Positions 1 to 11,325 of a stretch of 53,565 bases of DNA are shown here, in pieces (position 1 is the stretch's first letter; the number at the start of each line of letters is the position of its first letter). Source of the DNA: Azolla caroliniana (Eukaryota; Plantae; Polypodiophyta); the NCBI GenBank assembly GCA_043228905.1, contig JBHGNT010000205.1, forward strand, positions 1-53,565, read 5' to 3'. Position numbers and translations under genes: made by a program. The notes under the pieces were generated by a model. It did not search any database. It was not told where the DNA came from and worked only from the letters and a program-made list of their open reading frames with translations.

Positions 1-564
1 GCAGAGGTACCACACCGTGTTGATTTCGACACCTTGGGAGCACACCAAGCCTTCAAAATCACCTATATGCAAGAGGTTGTTGACGAGGCTGCTGCAGAGG
101 AGACAAACGAACATACACAAGGAAGGAAAATCAACAACACATACAACGAGCAGGGAAAACAAAAATCTCTGCATATACAGAGTTCAGAGATCGAACCTGG
201 CACAGAGGGGAACACAAGAACAGCTACGCGGGGAAACAGAGAATCGAAGGTGGAGTGAGAGAGAGAAACAGAAAGAAAGAAAGAAACAGAGCTTCGAAGG
301 TGGAGTGAGAGAGAGAAAGAGAGAGATAGACCTGTAATAGATATGTCGTCTTTCTTTAACTTTCTGCCACTGTCTGTCTGACAACTTCGAGACAGAAGAG
401 AGAGAGAGAGAGAGTGAGAGAGAGAGACATACCAACTGACACGTTCGACTACCCATACCAGAGAGAGAGAGAGAGAGAGAGATACTGAGACTGACCAACT
501 GTCACAATGGATACCTTCTCCAGGTGTGCTTTCGTACAACTCTACCTAGGAGACTGGGGCAACA
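1..564 (-). repeat. GA-microsatellite-rich repeat, possibly the end of an LTR running out of the window
   Basis: (GA)n tracts and a duplicated TCGAAGGTGGAGTGAGAGAGAGAAA motif; ends ...GGGGCAACA at 564 (TGTTGCCCC on minus), which is LTR-terminus-like. No partner LTR in the window. Confidence 0.3.
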
Positions 565-754
565 ATTAATGTATTAAATATGGCCTAGGGACATTTCGAG
601 TGTGACGTATAATATCTTTGTGCATTCGAGTGTGACGTAATGATTTTTTTTTTCGTTTTTTGAAATTTATTTACAATTTTTAATGTTTATTTTCTTCTTC
701 GATTTAGTACTAAATTTTTGGCCAAAAGTTGGTACACCGTAGCATGCTTCGACC

Positions 755-1005
755 CACACACAAATGCTCATACGCCTTTGTGAGGAGGAGAGGTGCACGG
801 GCAAGCCCGAACCCTCCCTCGTCACAAGATGACCGAACGTACAAGGAAGACACAAACACACACACAAATGCTCATACGTCTTTATCAGGAGGAGAGGTGC
901 ATGGGCACGCTTGAAACGCTCCCTTGTCACAAGACGGCCGAACGTACAAGGAAGACACAAACACACACACAAAATGCTCGTACGCCTTTATGAGGGGGAG
1001 AGGTG
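755..1005. repeat. ~104-bp tandem repeat array, left part
   Basis: Unit CAAATGCTCGTACGCCTTTATGAGGAGGAGAGGTGCATGGGCACG...ACAAGGAAGACACAAACACAC recurs at 761, 865 and 970; interrupted at 1005 by the Gypsy element. Confidence 0.95.
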
Positions 1006-1475
1006 TGTTGTCCGCCGGTGTTGTCCACTGGACCTAACACATAAACAAGTAGAATATATTATTAGAAGCGTTAAAGAAACGCATTTAACAGTTCACACTA
1101 GGAGCGTAACGGGAACAAAGCCTTACGTATATAAAGGGTAGAAATCCTCTGTAAAGAGCTAGTGTGTATTTTTGGAGCTACCCTTTTGGTAATACAATAC
1201 TATCTTCTCTGATTCTCGTGTCTGTGTAAGTCGTCTATTGCTTTGGTGTAGTATTGTGTTGGTAATTGTGGGCTAGTAAGCGTAGGGTGAGTGTGTATAC
1301 GAGATTACGCACTGGTGAGCTTCAGTTGTAGCCGTCTCCCTTCATGCCCAGATGATACACGTTGCTTTGTAAGCCTTTTATGCTTCGTGCGCTTACAGAT
1401 CTATTCCTTGCACCAGAATCAACTTGAAGTCTACCTCGAAGGACTTAGAGTAGACAGTGTTCCTAATCAGTAACA
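1006..1475 (+). repeat. 5' LTR of Gypsy A
   Basis: Direct repeat of 8965-9421; TATA-like TATATAAAG near 1129; 13-bp terminal duplication. Confidence 0.95.
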
Positions 1476-1479
1476 CTTT

Positions 1480-1495
1480 TGGCACACCTGGTGGA
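1480..1495 (+). promoter_or_regulatory. Primer binding site of Gypsy A (tRNA-Arg type)
   Basis: TGGCACACCTGGTGGA 4 nt after the LTR; TGG complements tRNA CCA; resembles the Arg PBS of Tat-like elements. Confidence 0.8.
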
Positions 1496-1798
1496 TTTGT
1501 GGTTCAGCACAGACAAGCAGCAAGGTATGGATGACTAGCCGTAGACGAGCTAGAGAACCGACCACTGACGAGGTGTATCACTTACTAGATAGAAGACTGT
1601 GGTAAGCGAAAACCTTGCCTCAACGACCACGATTGCTCCTTTCAAAAGTACACGGTAGACTCCATGCTCACAGAACAACGTGACGTCGGCCACGAAGCCT
1701 TGTCGCCACACGAGCAAGGTAGTGCTATTAAACACCACCATAGTTCACATCGCGAAAGCAAGAGTCTTCCCCTGCCGATCGTCCCCACAACGTCTGTA

Positions 1799-3150
1799 AT
1801 GGCTTTCTCATACCCCCGCTTCAACGGAGAAACAAAGGCTACTAGCCACATCTGGCTATTCCTCAATGTTTGGAATGCTAATCGTCTGGTGCAGCGGTTT
1901 CCAGACGTGGAAGCTCATGCTTCGAAGATTGCCGAGTTCGGGTTAACTTTGGACGGTCGAGAGCCATGCTGGCATTCTTAGATGGATTTGGCAGCAATCA
2001 CAACCTTCGACCAGCTGCAATCGATGTTCTTGCGTTTTTTTCATCGACGAGTGCTACAACGGCAAATAATTGGACAATTCTATACCATCAAGAAACTTCC
2101 CACAGAATCCATAGCGGATTTCAGTCTCCATTTCCAGAGTCTACGGCGGAACCTTACACGGGCCCCGACAGACGAAGAGGCCAAGGAAACGTTCTTGGCA
2201 GCGCTAAGACGGCCTCTCCGGACGACGCTGAACACCCACAGTGTGAAAGTCGAGCGAGCATTACAACTCGAATTAGAGGAAGAAGATGAGGGACTATCCA
2301 TGGCATTGCTACGGCAGGCGTTGCCTCAGGACGACGAACATCGATTTCGCCAGGCCATTCAGTGTACAATTTGTTTAAACTTTGGACATTCCGCGGTCGA
2401 GTGTAACATGCGACTACATTGTCCAATTTTCCATTCACAGGCACACACGGTGGACCAATGCGAGTATAATATGGTGAACAGGCCCACACCCGTAGTACGG
2501 CGTATGGAGACACAATAGCAATCTTGAAGGAATGATTCACGACGGCAGGAAGAACGTCCCCGGTATACAGACCGGAATCAGCGCATGGGGCACCAATATC
2601 GTAAAAACCGCAACACCGATCCGTACTCCGATGAAGAAGATCACGAAGAGGAAGACTACCAGAGTACCAACCGATACAATTGCAGAGGGCGTCGTTACAA
2701 CAATTGACGACCTACAAAAAATCATCGAGGATTCAACGGGAGCTGTCCAAACGGACACAATCGACTGCATAAGGACCAACGCCATTATGAAGAAAGTTCA
2801 GAGAACGAATGTCGCCAAGAGCCACGACAAGAATACCGTCAACAACCCCGGAATAACAGGCGACTCCGGCATAACCGGGACGAACAAGCAGTACCGGTGG
2901 AAACTAATACACCCCCGGAAGTGGAGAGAGGCGAGTCCAGCGTACACTGTTTTGTGTGTCAACAACCCGGTCATTACGCGACACAGTGCCGACATCGAAA
3001 AGGAAAGGGGGCAACCGTGAATACCATCACGGCAGAAATCCAACAACTCACAACACGGCATCAGGCGAAGAATGTAGACTGGGCAGAACAAGATGAGAAT
3101 GTAGACTGGGCAAGTCGTGGAAAATCACATAAGGGGCACCGCCGGATTAG
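1799..3150 (+). pseudogene. gag: Gag of Gypsy A, disrupted
   Basis: Retrotrans-gag-like ORF pieces (1664-1981, 1982-2518, 2897-3178) with zinc knuckles CTICLNFGHSAVEC and CFVCQQPGHYATQC; in-frame stops. Confidence 0.85.
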
Positions 3151-3199
3151 ATGTCTCAGCAAATTTTACGAAGTCTAGTACGGGCCCAACAATCGTAGA

Positions 3200-5740
3200 T
3201 CATCACAATCCAGCCATTAAGTTGGTACTTCAAGGTTAGGAAATCTCGGGAAGTATTATTGATGGGGGGATCCGGTGGAACCTCGACTAATCTCAATTGC
3301 GAAGGATTTGGTCCCAAGTGAGAAGAGACAACAATGATCGATTTGATCAAGGATGTTTTCGCATGGTCACATGAGGACGCGAAACCAGTGTAGCAGCGTC
3401 GCTATCGGATGAACCCGAATTACGCAATTCGGGTAAAAGAAGAGATTGACAAACTTCTAAAAGAAAGATTTATCCGGCCAGTGAAGCAGCCCACGTGACT
3501 GAGCCCGATAGTCGTGGTACCAAAGAAAAATGGTAAAATCCGCATTTGTGTGGATTATCCGAAGCTCAACCCCGTAATGATAACAGACGCGGTATATGGA
3601 ACACGAGGCAAACATTTGGGCCATCTCCGAGTTTGTTTGGAGCGTTGTCGTACGTCACGCCTCAGCCTTAATCTGGCCAAATGTACATTCGGCATCACAA
3701 GTGGGGCACTTCTAGGACACATTGTAAGTAAGGAAGGGATAGTGGTGGATCCGAACAAAATCACGACGATCATTGAAGCAAAGACTCCGACTAATGCCAA
3801 AGCCCTCAGCTGCTTCCTGGGTCAAAAATGCTAGCATAGCAACATGTTACGGTACTTGGCGGATTTTGTGACCCTATTACACGCCTTCATACATCGAACG
3901 CCCTTCAAGTGGATGGCAATAGAAGAAAAAGCTTACAACGCACTCAAGATAATGTTAACCCAAGCACCGGTCGTACAACCACTAGATTGGACTAAACCTT
4001 TTCACGTCTTTGTGGATGCCTCAGATATAGCAATAGGCAGTGCATTAATCCAAGTCATAGAGCCGAGTTGGTATAGACAAGTTTATTACGCCAATCATAC
4101 ACTATCAAACTCCGAGAGAAACTACTCCACAACCGAGTGTGAAGCCTTGGGGATGATATATAGCATCAACAAATTCCGGCATTATCTGCTAGGGTGCAGA
4201 TTTACGTTTCACGTAGATCAAGCGGCGTTACTGTATCTAGTTGAGAAACAGGCACTGACAGGGAAGCTGGCCAGATGGGTGTTGCTGCTCCAGGAGTTCG
4301 ACTTCGCAATTCAGCATCGGCCGGGCACGAAGCATGCCGTAGCTAATTTCTTAAGCCGAGTAGATATTGACGATAATGCGGGGATGGACAATGACGACTT
4401 TCTTGACGCAAACATTCTGAGGATTGCGACTAGGGCATCACAAGCAGAAATGAATTTTCCGGATTGTTGGCTGGTGGAAAAGATGTACTTTCAGACTACG
4501 GGACTGCCACCTCCGCAACTAAGGACGGATGAGAAGAAACAGCTGGTTGTCTGCAGTCATAACTTTTGCCTGGTCGGGGTCCTTTACCATAAGGGCAACA
4601 GCGGGATCTAACGACGCGGGATACACCAGGATGAAAAGGAAGCCGTTCTGCACGAAGCTCATTGCGGTACGGCCGGGGGACATTACGCAAGCGATGTTAC
4701 AGCTCGAAAAATATGGCAAGGAGGGCTATGGTGGTCAACTATGTAGAAAGACGTGTATCAATACTATAGACAATGTGATCTACGTAAACAGTTGGGGCAA
4801 CCTACGGAGCTCGCACGGATGCCGCACCAACCGGTTCTTCCATTGGATCCATTCCAGAATGGGGTCTAGATTTTGTCGGTCCCTTTACGCCGGCAGCGGG
4901 GCGAACGGGCAATAAGTACATTCTCATAGCCACTAATTACTACACTAATTGGGTAGAAGCAAAAGCGTTACAGAATAGTACGGTGGCATTCACGGAAAAA
5001 TTTCTTTACGATTACATTTGGTGTCGTTTTGGTTGCCCAATCGAGCTCATCAGTGATGAAGGGAGCCACTTTCGGAATTCGGACATCTATGAGCTAACAC
5101 ACCATTACGCCATAGTGCATAAGAAGAGCACGCCATATTACCCGCAGGCGAATGGGTTAGCTGAGTCCACAAACAAGACCTTACAAATTGGGATACCAAG
5201 CTGCACAACGCCTTGTGGGCATATCGGACGAGTTACAAAACTAGCGTACAGTCCACACCCTTCTGGCTCGCGTTTGGGTTAGAAGCCGTAATGCCCATTG
5301 AATTCCAGGTGCCCAGTTTGAGAATTCAAGTACGAGACCGATTGTCAGAAGGCAAGTCTGAGCAAATATGACTACAACAACTTCTCGAATTAGGCGAGGC
5401 TCGGGTCCATAGTATGGTCGTACTCGAGCAAGAGTAGTGATGGCGTGAAGCGTTCGTGGATCGACATCAGGGCAAACGGGAAAAATACTTTGCTATTGGG
5501 AAGGTCGTATTGGTCTTTCAAACACGCATGGGTCAAATGCCAGGTAAGTTACAGTTCTGCTAGACAGGGCCGTATTGGATAGTTGGAGCGGAAAATGGCA
5601 CCTTCCAATTGGGTACCCTCGCTAGAGTTATACTTTAGCAAAAAGTGAATGGGTTCCGATTAAAGCCTTATCTGGGACCTGCGCCCCCGAACCTGTTCTA
5701 CACCGTAACTGACATGGCAGAGAGGTCCCTACACTAATTA
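3200..5740 (+). pseudogene. pol: Pol (PR/RT/RH/IN) of Gypsy A, with internal deletions and stops
   Basis: PR IDGGSGG remnant; RT N-terminus joined directly to post-YxDD sequence (catalytic core deleted near 3588); RNase H in ORF 3844-4611; integrase HHCC, DDE core and GPY motif to ~5700. Confidence 0.9.
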
Positions 5741-5775
5741 GTAGTTGGGACCCACGTGTAATAAAATGTAACACT

Positions 5776-6090
5776 AATATTGTACTTTACCATTAAAAAA
5801 AAAGAAAAAAGAGAGGATAATCACGACTATTAAAAAGGTGTTTCTGCATGCACAAACTTCAAGATCAAGCAAAGAAAAAAGAGAGAGGATAATCAGGACT
5901 ATTAAAAAGGTGTTTCTGCATGCACAAACTTTTTAACAGTAATATTGTACCATTAAAAAGAGAGAGGATAATCAGGACTATTAAAAAGGTGTTTCTGCAT
6001 GCACAAACTTTTTAACAGTAATATTGTACCATTAAAAAGAGAGAGGATAATCACGACTATTAAAAGGTGTTTATGCATGCACAAACTTCA
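5776..6090. repeat. ~79-bp tandem repeat (about 4 copies) between integrase and extra ORF
   Basis: GAGAGGATAATCA(C/G)GACTATTAAAAAGGTGTTT(C/A)TGCATGCACAAACTT repeated four times; AATATTGTACC at 5941 and 6020. Confidence 0.9.
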
Positions 6091-6291
6091 AGAGCAAGCA
6101 CACGCGGCACCACGATGTCACACAGGCCTATGAAACCTATAGCACAAAAAGAGGGAAAAAAAAGGTTTTCTGCACACTACAGAAAACAAAATAACTGTCC
6201 TCGCCCTTCTCGCTCCCCAACATACCATAGAGTCCACGATCACCGTGGCTTGAGAACTTCACCTATTCCACACGAGCCTCTTCCACCCACG

Positions 6292-8915
6292 ATGCTTGTC
6301 CCCATCTTTGCAGCGTTACGCAGGTGGCTCTTGGAAAAGGGTTTTGGGGGTACATCAAGGTCACAGAGGCACCATCACACCCTGATGCTCTCGACATCGT
6401 CAAAAAGCTCAATGTGGACACGGTGACAAACGCCACTATTCAAAAAAAATTGGACCTATCTGCGACTGGGGAGAAACACTTCAACATTCCTCCTACAGAA
6501 ACCCTAGAAGAATATTTTGGGGAATACTCCATATCAGGCAAGGCATACCGAAGGAAAGACATCCCGAACCCATTCTTTCGGGAAATAGCCAAGTTCCTAC
6601 TTGAGGTCAGTTGCGTGCAATTCAATGCGTACGTGATGCTGAAATAGAAGGCATGCATTATGATTGATACATTCGAAGGGCGCGCAGTTGATTGGGGAGT
6701 GATTACAGGACCAACGCTGAGAGAAGGCCTGCACGCATATCAGGTTGGCAAAAGGCTAAGGCTGATTATACAATAGTACCTTACAATACTGTTTCCGCCT
6801 CGTGGTCTACTCGCCCCGTCGCCTAGTAAACCTATGCCTCCGCCACGATCCACGAAACGACGGTTATCAAAATTGGTAACCACGGAATGGGAAGAGGAAC
6901 CACAACCTTCCCACCCTGTAGCGCAATTAGTGCAGCCGGAACAACCAGCAAGGTCGGTCGAAGCACCAACAACAACAACGGAGAAAGAAACGGAACAAAA
7001 CCAAGAAAGCCTCAAGCCAAAATGACGAAGATTAGATCGAAAGGATGGCCGCAGACTGGTCAAAGACACAACCGCCTCAGTCGACACTTCCGCCCCTACG
7101 GAGCACATAAATACAGTGGAGATAATCCGGTATACACAACCAATCATTATAGCTCAGTCGCAGTGTGGCAAAGGAGTGCTCACGACGAAAAGGGAAGTCC
7201 TCAAATACCTAGACATCCCGGATACGGCCCATGAGTTCGGCGCACTGTTACAGTTTGGGACGACTTACAAACTCATGGAATTTTTGGCGACACAACAAAT
7301 TAAGGTGTCCTAGAGAATGGCCGAGGAGCACACCAAACAACAAATGATTGAGCGTGCGCTAATGAAAATGGCGGAAACTGACGATGAGGGACCCCTCGCC
7401 AAGATAGGCAGACGGCGGAACGCAGGGATTCGTCGCATGGGCATTGAATAACCCCCATTGAATACGACCCTCATCAAAGTACATAGGGAGTTGGCCACAG
7501 TCAGTATGGGAGCCAAAGAAATGGCTATCAAAAATAAGAATGTCTAGAAAACAGTTAAGCCGACTCAAACCCAACTACAGAAGGACCAAGAGCGCATTGA
7601 GGAATTAGAACGCAGAACAACTACTACAAGTAAAACCCCGGACTGGCATCCAGTGATGACGCAACGACGACTCTATGGGATGAGGTCGAAGCACAAACCG
7701 CCATCATCGTGAAAGCAAAACGAGCCACGCAACTAGCCGAGTTCGAGATTGACCGCCTCCGCACGGAACTGTGCCAATCATCAGACAAAGAAAAGGATAC
7801 CCGGGCAAAAGGACGAAGGGTGGTGAAAGCACTGGAGGATAAGCTCGAGCCAAAGACAGCCGCGCATATCCACACAAAAGAAGAAAATGGGAAGGTGCGT
7901 GAGGAAGCCCAAAAGATAGAAGTCGTGATAACAGGACTCCGAGAGTTATTGGAAAAGAAGAAAGCATGGTACGACGAGCAGCTCGTGCGGGAACAAGAAC
8001 TGAAGCATCAGGTAGAAGTCCACTTGAACAATGAAATGGGCCAGCGCGAGGAACTACACTTGAAAGAATTCCAGGTATGGAAAAAAATGAAGAGCCTCTA
8101 TGAGGAGTCGGCTACGGCCAATAAGCGTAAAATCGAAAACCTCAAGAAAGCCCTGGAAGCAGCACAAAACTGCTCACAAACAATAACAGACAATGTATTT
8201 GTCCTTCTTCAAACAAATTGCGAGCGGTTTACGACACAGGTGAAAGCAGCATTGGACAAAGGATGGTTGGCGTGGGCAACTCAAGCAACAGAATTGCACA
8301 CCTATCGGGCGGATTGGGAGAACTTACAAAAAGAAGGCAGAGGCTTCTACCAGCTCAATGAGGAAAGCATTGCGGCAATACGCAAAGACCTCACGTAGGA
8401 CTATCGCATGCTAGCGCTCCAGCACTCCGAAGAACTCATGCAGTTGTTGGAAGATTTCAGGGAAAGTCAGAAAGACATTTTCTGTCGGTTAATGGAGATT
8501 AGTAGCGAACAACAGAGGCCGGAGACAATTGCGGTACCAGACAATGATTCCGCCGAGCAAGATGAGCCTCAACCCAATTCGAACAACCCGCCAAAGGTGA
8601 CCACTACACCTGTTAATGTAACAGAAGAAACGAACAGGGAAGAGCCACGTCCGATCGCTTGCCCACGGATTGAAGAGACCACGCCAGAACCTCGGAGGAA
8701 TGATCCGAACGTCAAACCAACTGAGCCAGCCCTGAGCACATGGAGTGCAAATGAAAACATGGGAACTCACACACTCGCCGAATGTGGTGAAGTGGACGAC
8801 ACGCAATAGGAGGAGCCGGTCGATCAGAACAAGGAAGCACCTATGGTTGTCACGCCATTTATGGACCAAGCCATACGAACGGAGCCGAACATCCTAGAAA
8901 TTTTGAATGATGAGT
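6292..8915 (+). pseudogene. Extra sense ORF of Gypsy A (unknown function; globular N-part, Pro-rich linker, coiled coil, acidic tail), disrupted
   Basis: Chain of plus-strand ORF pieces (6324-6647, 6834-7025, 7116-7313, 7709-8398, 8408-8809) separated by single stops or a frameshift, between pol and the 3' LTR. Confidence 0.7.
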
Positions 8916-8964
8916 AGAGGGACGGGTCCGACGTGCCATGGCACTGTCCCACATGCGTGCCAAG

Positions 8965-9421
8965 TGTTGTCCGCCGGACCTAACGCATAAACAAATAGAA
9001 TATATTATTAGAAGCGTTAAAGAAACGCATGTAACGGTTCACGCTAGTAGCGTAGCAGCAAAAAAGCCCTGCGTATATAAAGGGTAGAAATCCTCTGTAA
9101 AGAGCTAGCGTGTATTTTGGGAGCTACCCTTTTAGTAATACAATATTACCTTCTCTGATTCTCGTGTCTGTGTAAGTCGTCTATTGCTTCGGTGTAGTAC
9201 TCTGTTGGTAATTGTGGGCTATTAAGCGTAGGGTGAGTGTGTATACGAGATTACGCATCGGTGAGCTTCGGTTGTAGGCGTCTCCCTTCATGCCCAGACG
9301 ATACGCGTTGCTTTGTAAGCCTGTTACGCTTCATGCACCTACGGATCTATTGCTTGCACCGCAATCACCTTAAAGTCTACCTCGAAGGATTGAGAGTAGA
9401 CAATGCTCCTAATCGGTAACA
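8965..9421 (+). repeat. 3' LTR of Gypsy A
   Basis: Direct repeat of 1006-1475, followed by TSD AGGTG. Confidence 0.95.
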
Positions 9422-10435
9422 AGGTGCATGGGCACACCCAAAATGCTCCCTCATCACAAGATGGCCGAATGTACAAGGAAGACACAAACACACGCACAAA
9501 ATGCTCGTATGCATTTATGAAGAGGAGAGGTGCATGGGCACGCCCGACACGCACAAATGCTTGCACGCCTTTATAAGGAGGAGAGGTGCATGGGCACGAC
9601 CGAAACGCTCCGTCGTCACAAGACGACCGAATGTACAAGGAAGACACAAACACACGCACAAATGCTCACACGCCTTTATAAGGAGGAGAGGTGCATGGGC
9701 ACGCCCGAAATGCTCCCTCATCACAAGATGGTTGAACGTACAAGGAAGACACAAAAACACGCACAAAATGATTGTACGCCTTTATGAGGAGGAGAGGTGC
9801 ATGGGCACGCCCGAAACGCTCCCTCGTCACAAGACGACCGAATGTACAAGGAAGACACAAACACACACACAAATGCTCGTACGTCTTTATGAGGAGGAGA
9901 GGTGCATGGGCACGCCCGAAATGCTCGCTCATCACTAGACGGCCAAACGTACAAGGAAGACACAAACACACGCAAAAAATGCTCGTACGCCTTTATGAGG
10001 AGGAGAGGTGCATGGGCACGCCCGAAATGCTCCCTCGTCACAAGATGACTGAACGTACAAGGAAGACACAAACACACGCACAAATGCTCGTACGCCTTTA
10101 TGAGGAGGAGAGGTGCATGGGCATGCTCGAAACCCTACCTCTTCACAAGATGGCCGAACGTACAAGGAAGACACACGAACGCCCGAAACGCTCCTTCGTC
10201 ACAAGAAGACCAAATGTACAAGGAAGACACAAACACACGAACAAATGCTCGTACGCCTTTATGAGGAGGAGAGGTGCATGGGCACGCCAAAAACACTCCC
10301 TCGTCACAAGACGGCTGAACATACAAGGAAGACACAAACACACGCACAAATGCTCATACGCCTTTATGAGGAGGAGAGGTGCATGGGCACGCCCGAAACA
10401 CTCCCTCGTCACAAGATGGCCGAACGTACAAGGGG
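9422..10435. repeat. ~104-bp tandem repeat array, right part (about 10 units, some truncated)
   Basis: Same unit as 755-1005, resuming in register after the TSD. Confidence 0.95.
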
Positions 10436-10677
10436 ACGAGAACAAAGAAAGAAAGAAAAAAGAAGAAGAACACGAATGATATTGGCTAAAGAAATAAAAA
10501 TGTGTTCGATTCCAACGCAAGAGGGCCCTTTATAAAATAGGGTTTGATTACAATGTGCCAACTTCTAGTTAACCACAAGCTCAACAAAATATAAATACTA
10601 AATGCCCTTAGAGACAAAAGCAAATCCGAGCACGGAGCACAAAAACGACGAAGACGAACACACGAGCACCACAAAAA

Positions 10678-11325
10678 TGTCGACCCCTACGAACCACGAC
10701 CATCCAAACGGCGAGCACACAGGCTTGTAACGACGAATGGGGGTGAAGCAACATCGAACCAACGAAGCTCGGGCTCACGAGCACCGTAAACAAGCACTTC
10801 GAGTGCCAACGTGAAGAAGACGAGCACGTGGCAATGAGGGGATGAAGGGGTAAGAGATGAAGAGAAATGGTGAAGAAGATGAAGAGCTCCGAAGGAAAAA
10901 TGGCGATAGTCTCCTCCTCCCAAAATGTCCCCCCCAAATGAGCCCCCCTCAACCTCCTTTTATAGGAAAAAAAGAAGGGGGATTGCCAATTTTGTCTTCA
11001 TTGCCAAAGGAATAAAATTCCTTAAATCACGCTGCATTATAAGACCATATTTGAACCGTGCACTTCTAGCTAGAAGTCAATGTGACTATCCACTATTCCA
11101 TTAACTCTCTCTTATATAATATATAGTTCTATATCAACAAATTCATAGCTTGTCTCCCCTCTACTTTTTATATCTCTTCTCTCTTACTTTTTACACGAGC
11201 TTCTATACCTCCTTTCCATCCTTTCTTTTCCCTTTTCTTTTGCATGTGCACACACATTGCACATGCACATTTTGACCCCCGCTTTCGCCGGTTTTTCCCA
11301 CTCTCGAGCATGCCACATCACGACA
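10678..11325 (-). mobile_element. LTR (TGTCG...CGACA) of an element inserted in a Copia gag; its internal region probably contains the 104-bp array
   Basis: Minus strand starts TGTCGTGATGTGGCATG, identical to the start of the LTR at 35467, and ends ...GTCGACA; minus TATA CCTATAAAAGG near 10960; PBS-like TGGTGCTCGTG follows; it truncates a Copia zinc knuckle (CGYCGKH) at 11326. Confidence 0.65.

Larger units (their letters stand above)
1006..9421 (+). mobile_element. Ty3/Gypsy LTR retrotransposon A (non-chromovirus, Athila/Tat-like), degenerate, with extra 3' ORF
   Basis: LTRs 1006-1475 and 8965-9421 (TGTTG...TAACA); 5-bp TSD AGGTG at 1001-1005 and 9422-9426; PBS 1480-1495; gag, RT (VVPKKNGKIRICVDY), RNase H (FVDAS, ERNYSTTE) and integrase (YYPQANGLAE) remnants in Gypsy order. 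Confidence 0.97.

Noticed and set aside
17-539. ORFs of 74-158 aa
   Set aside because: Dominated by GA/CT microsatellite translation (SLSL, RERE); no recognisable domain.
8912-8926. GAGTAGAGGGACGGG as the PPT of Gypsy A
   Set aside because: Interrupted by pyrimidines, about 40 nt from the LTR, and absent from Gypsy B; a PPT must abut U3 to define the LTR end.
9422-10535. CRISPR-like array, or protein-coding repeat ORFs (YEEERCMG...)
   Set aside because: Units are contiguous with no unique spacers and no cas genes; ORFs occur in several frames on both strands as a by-product of the repeat.
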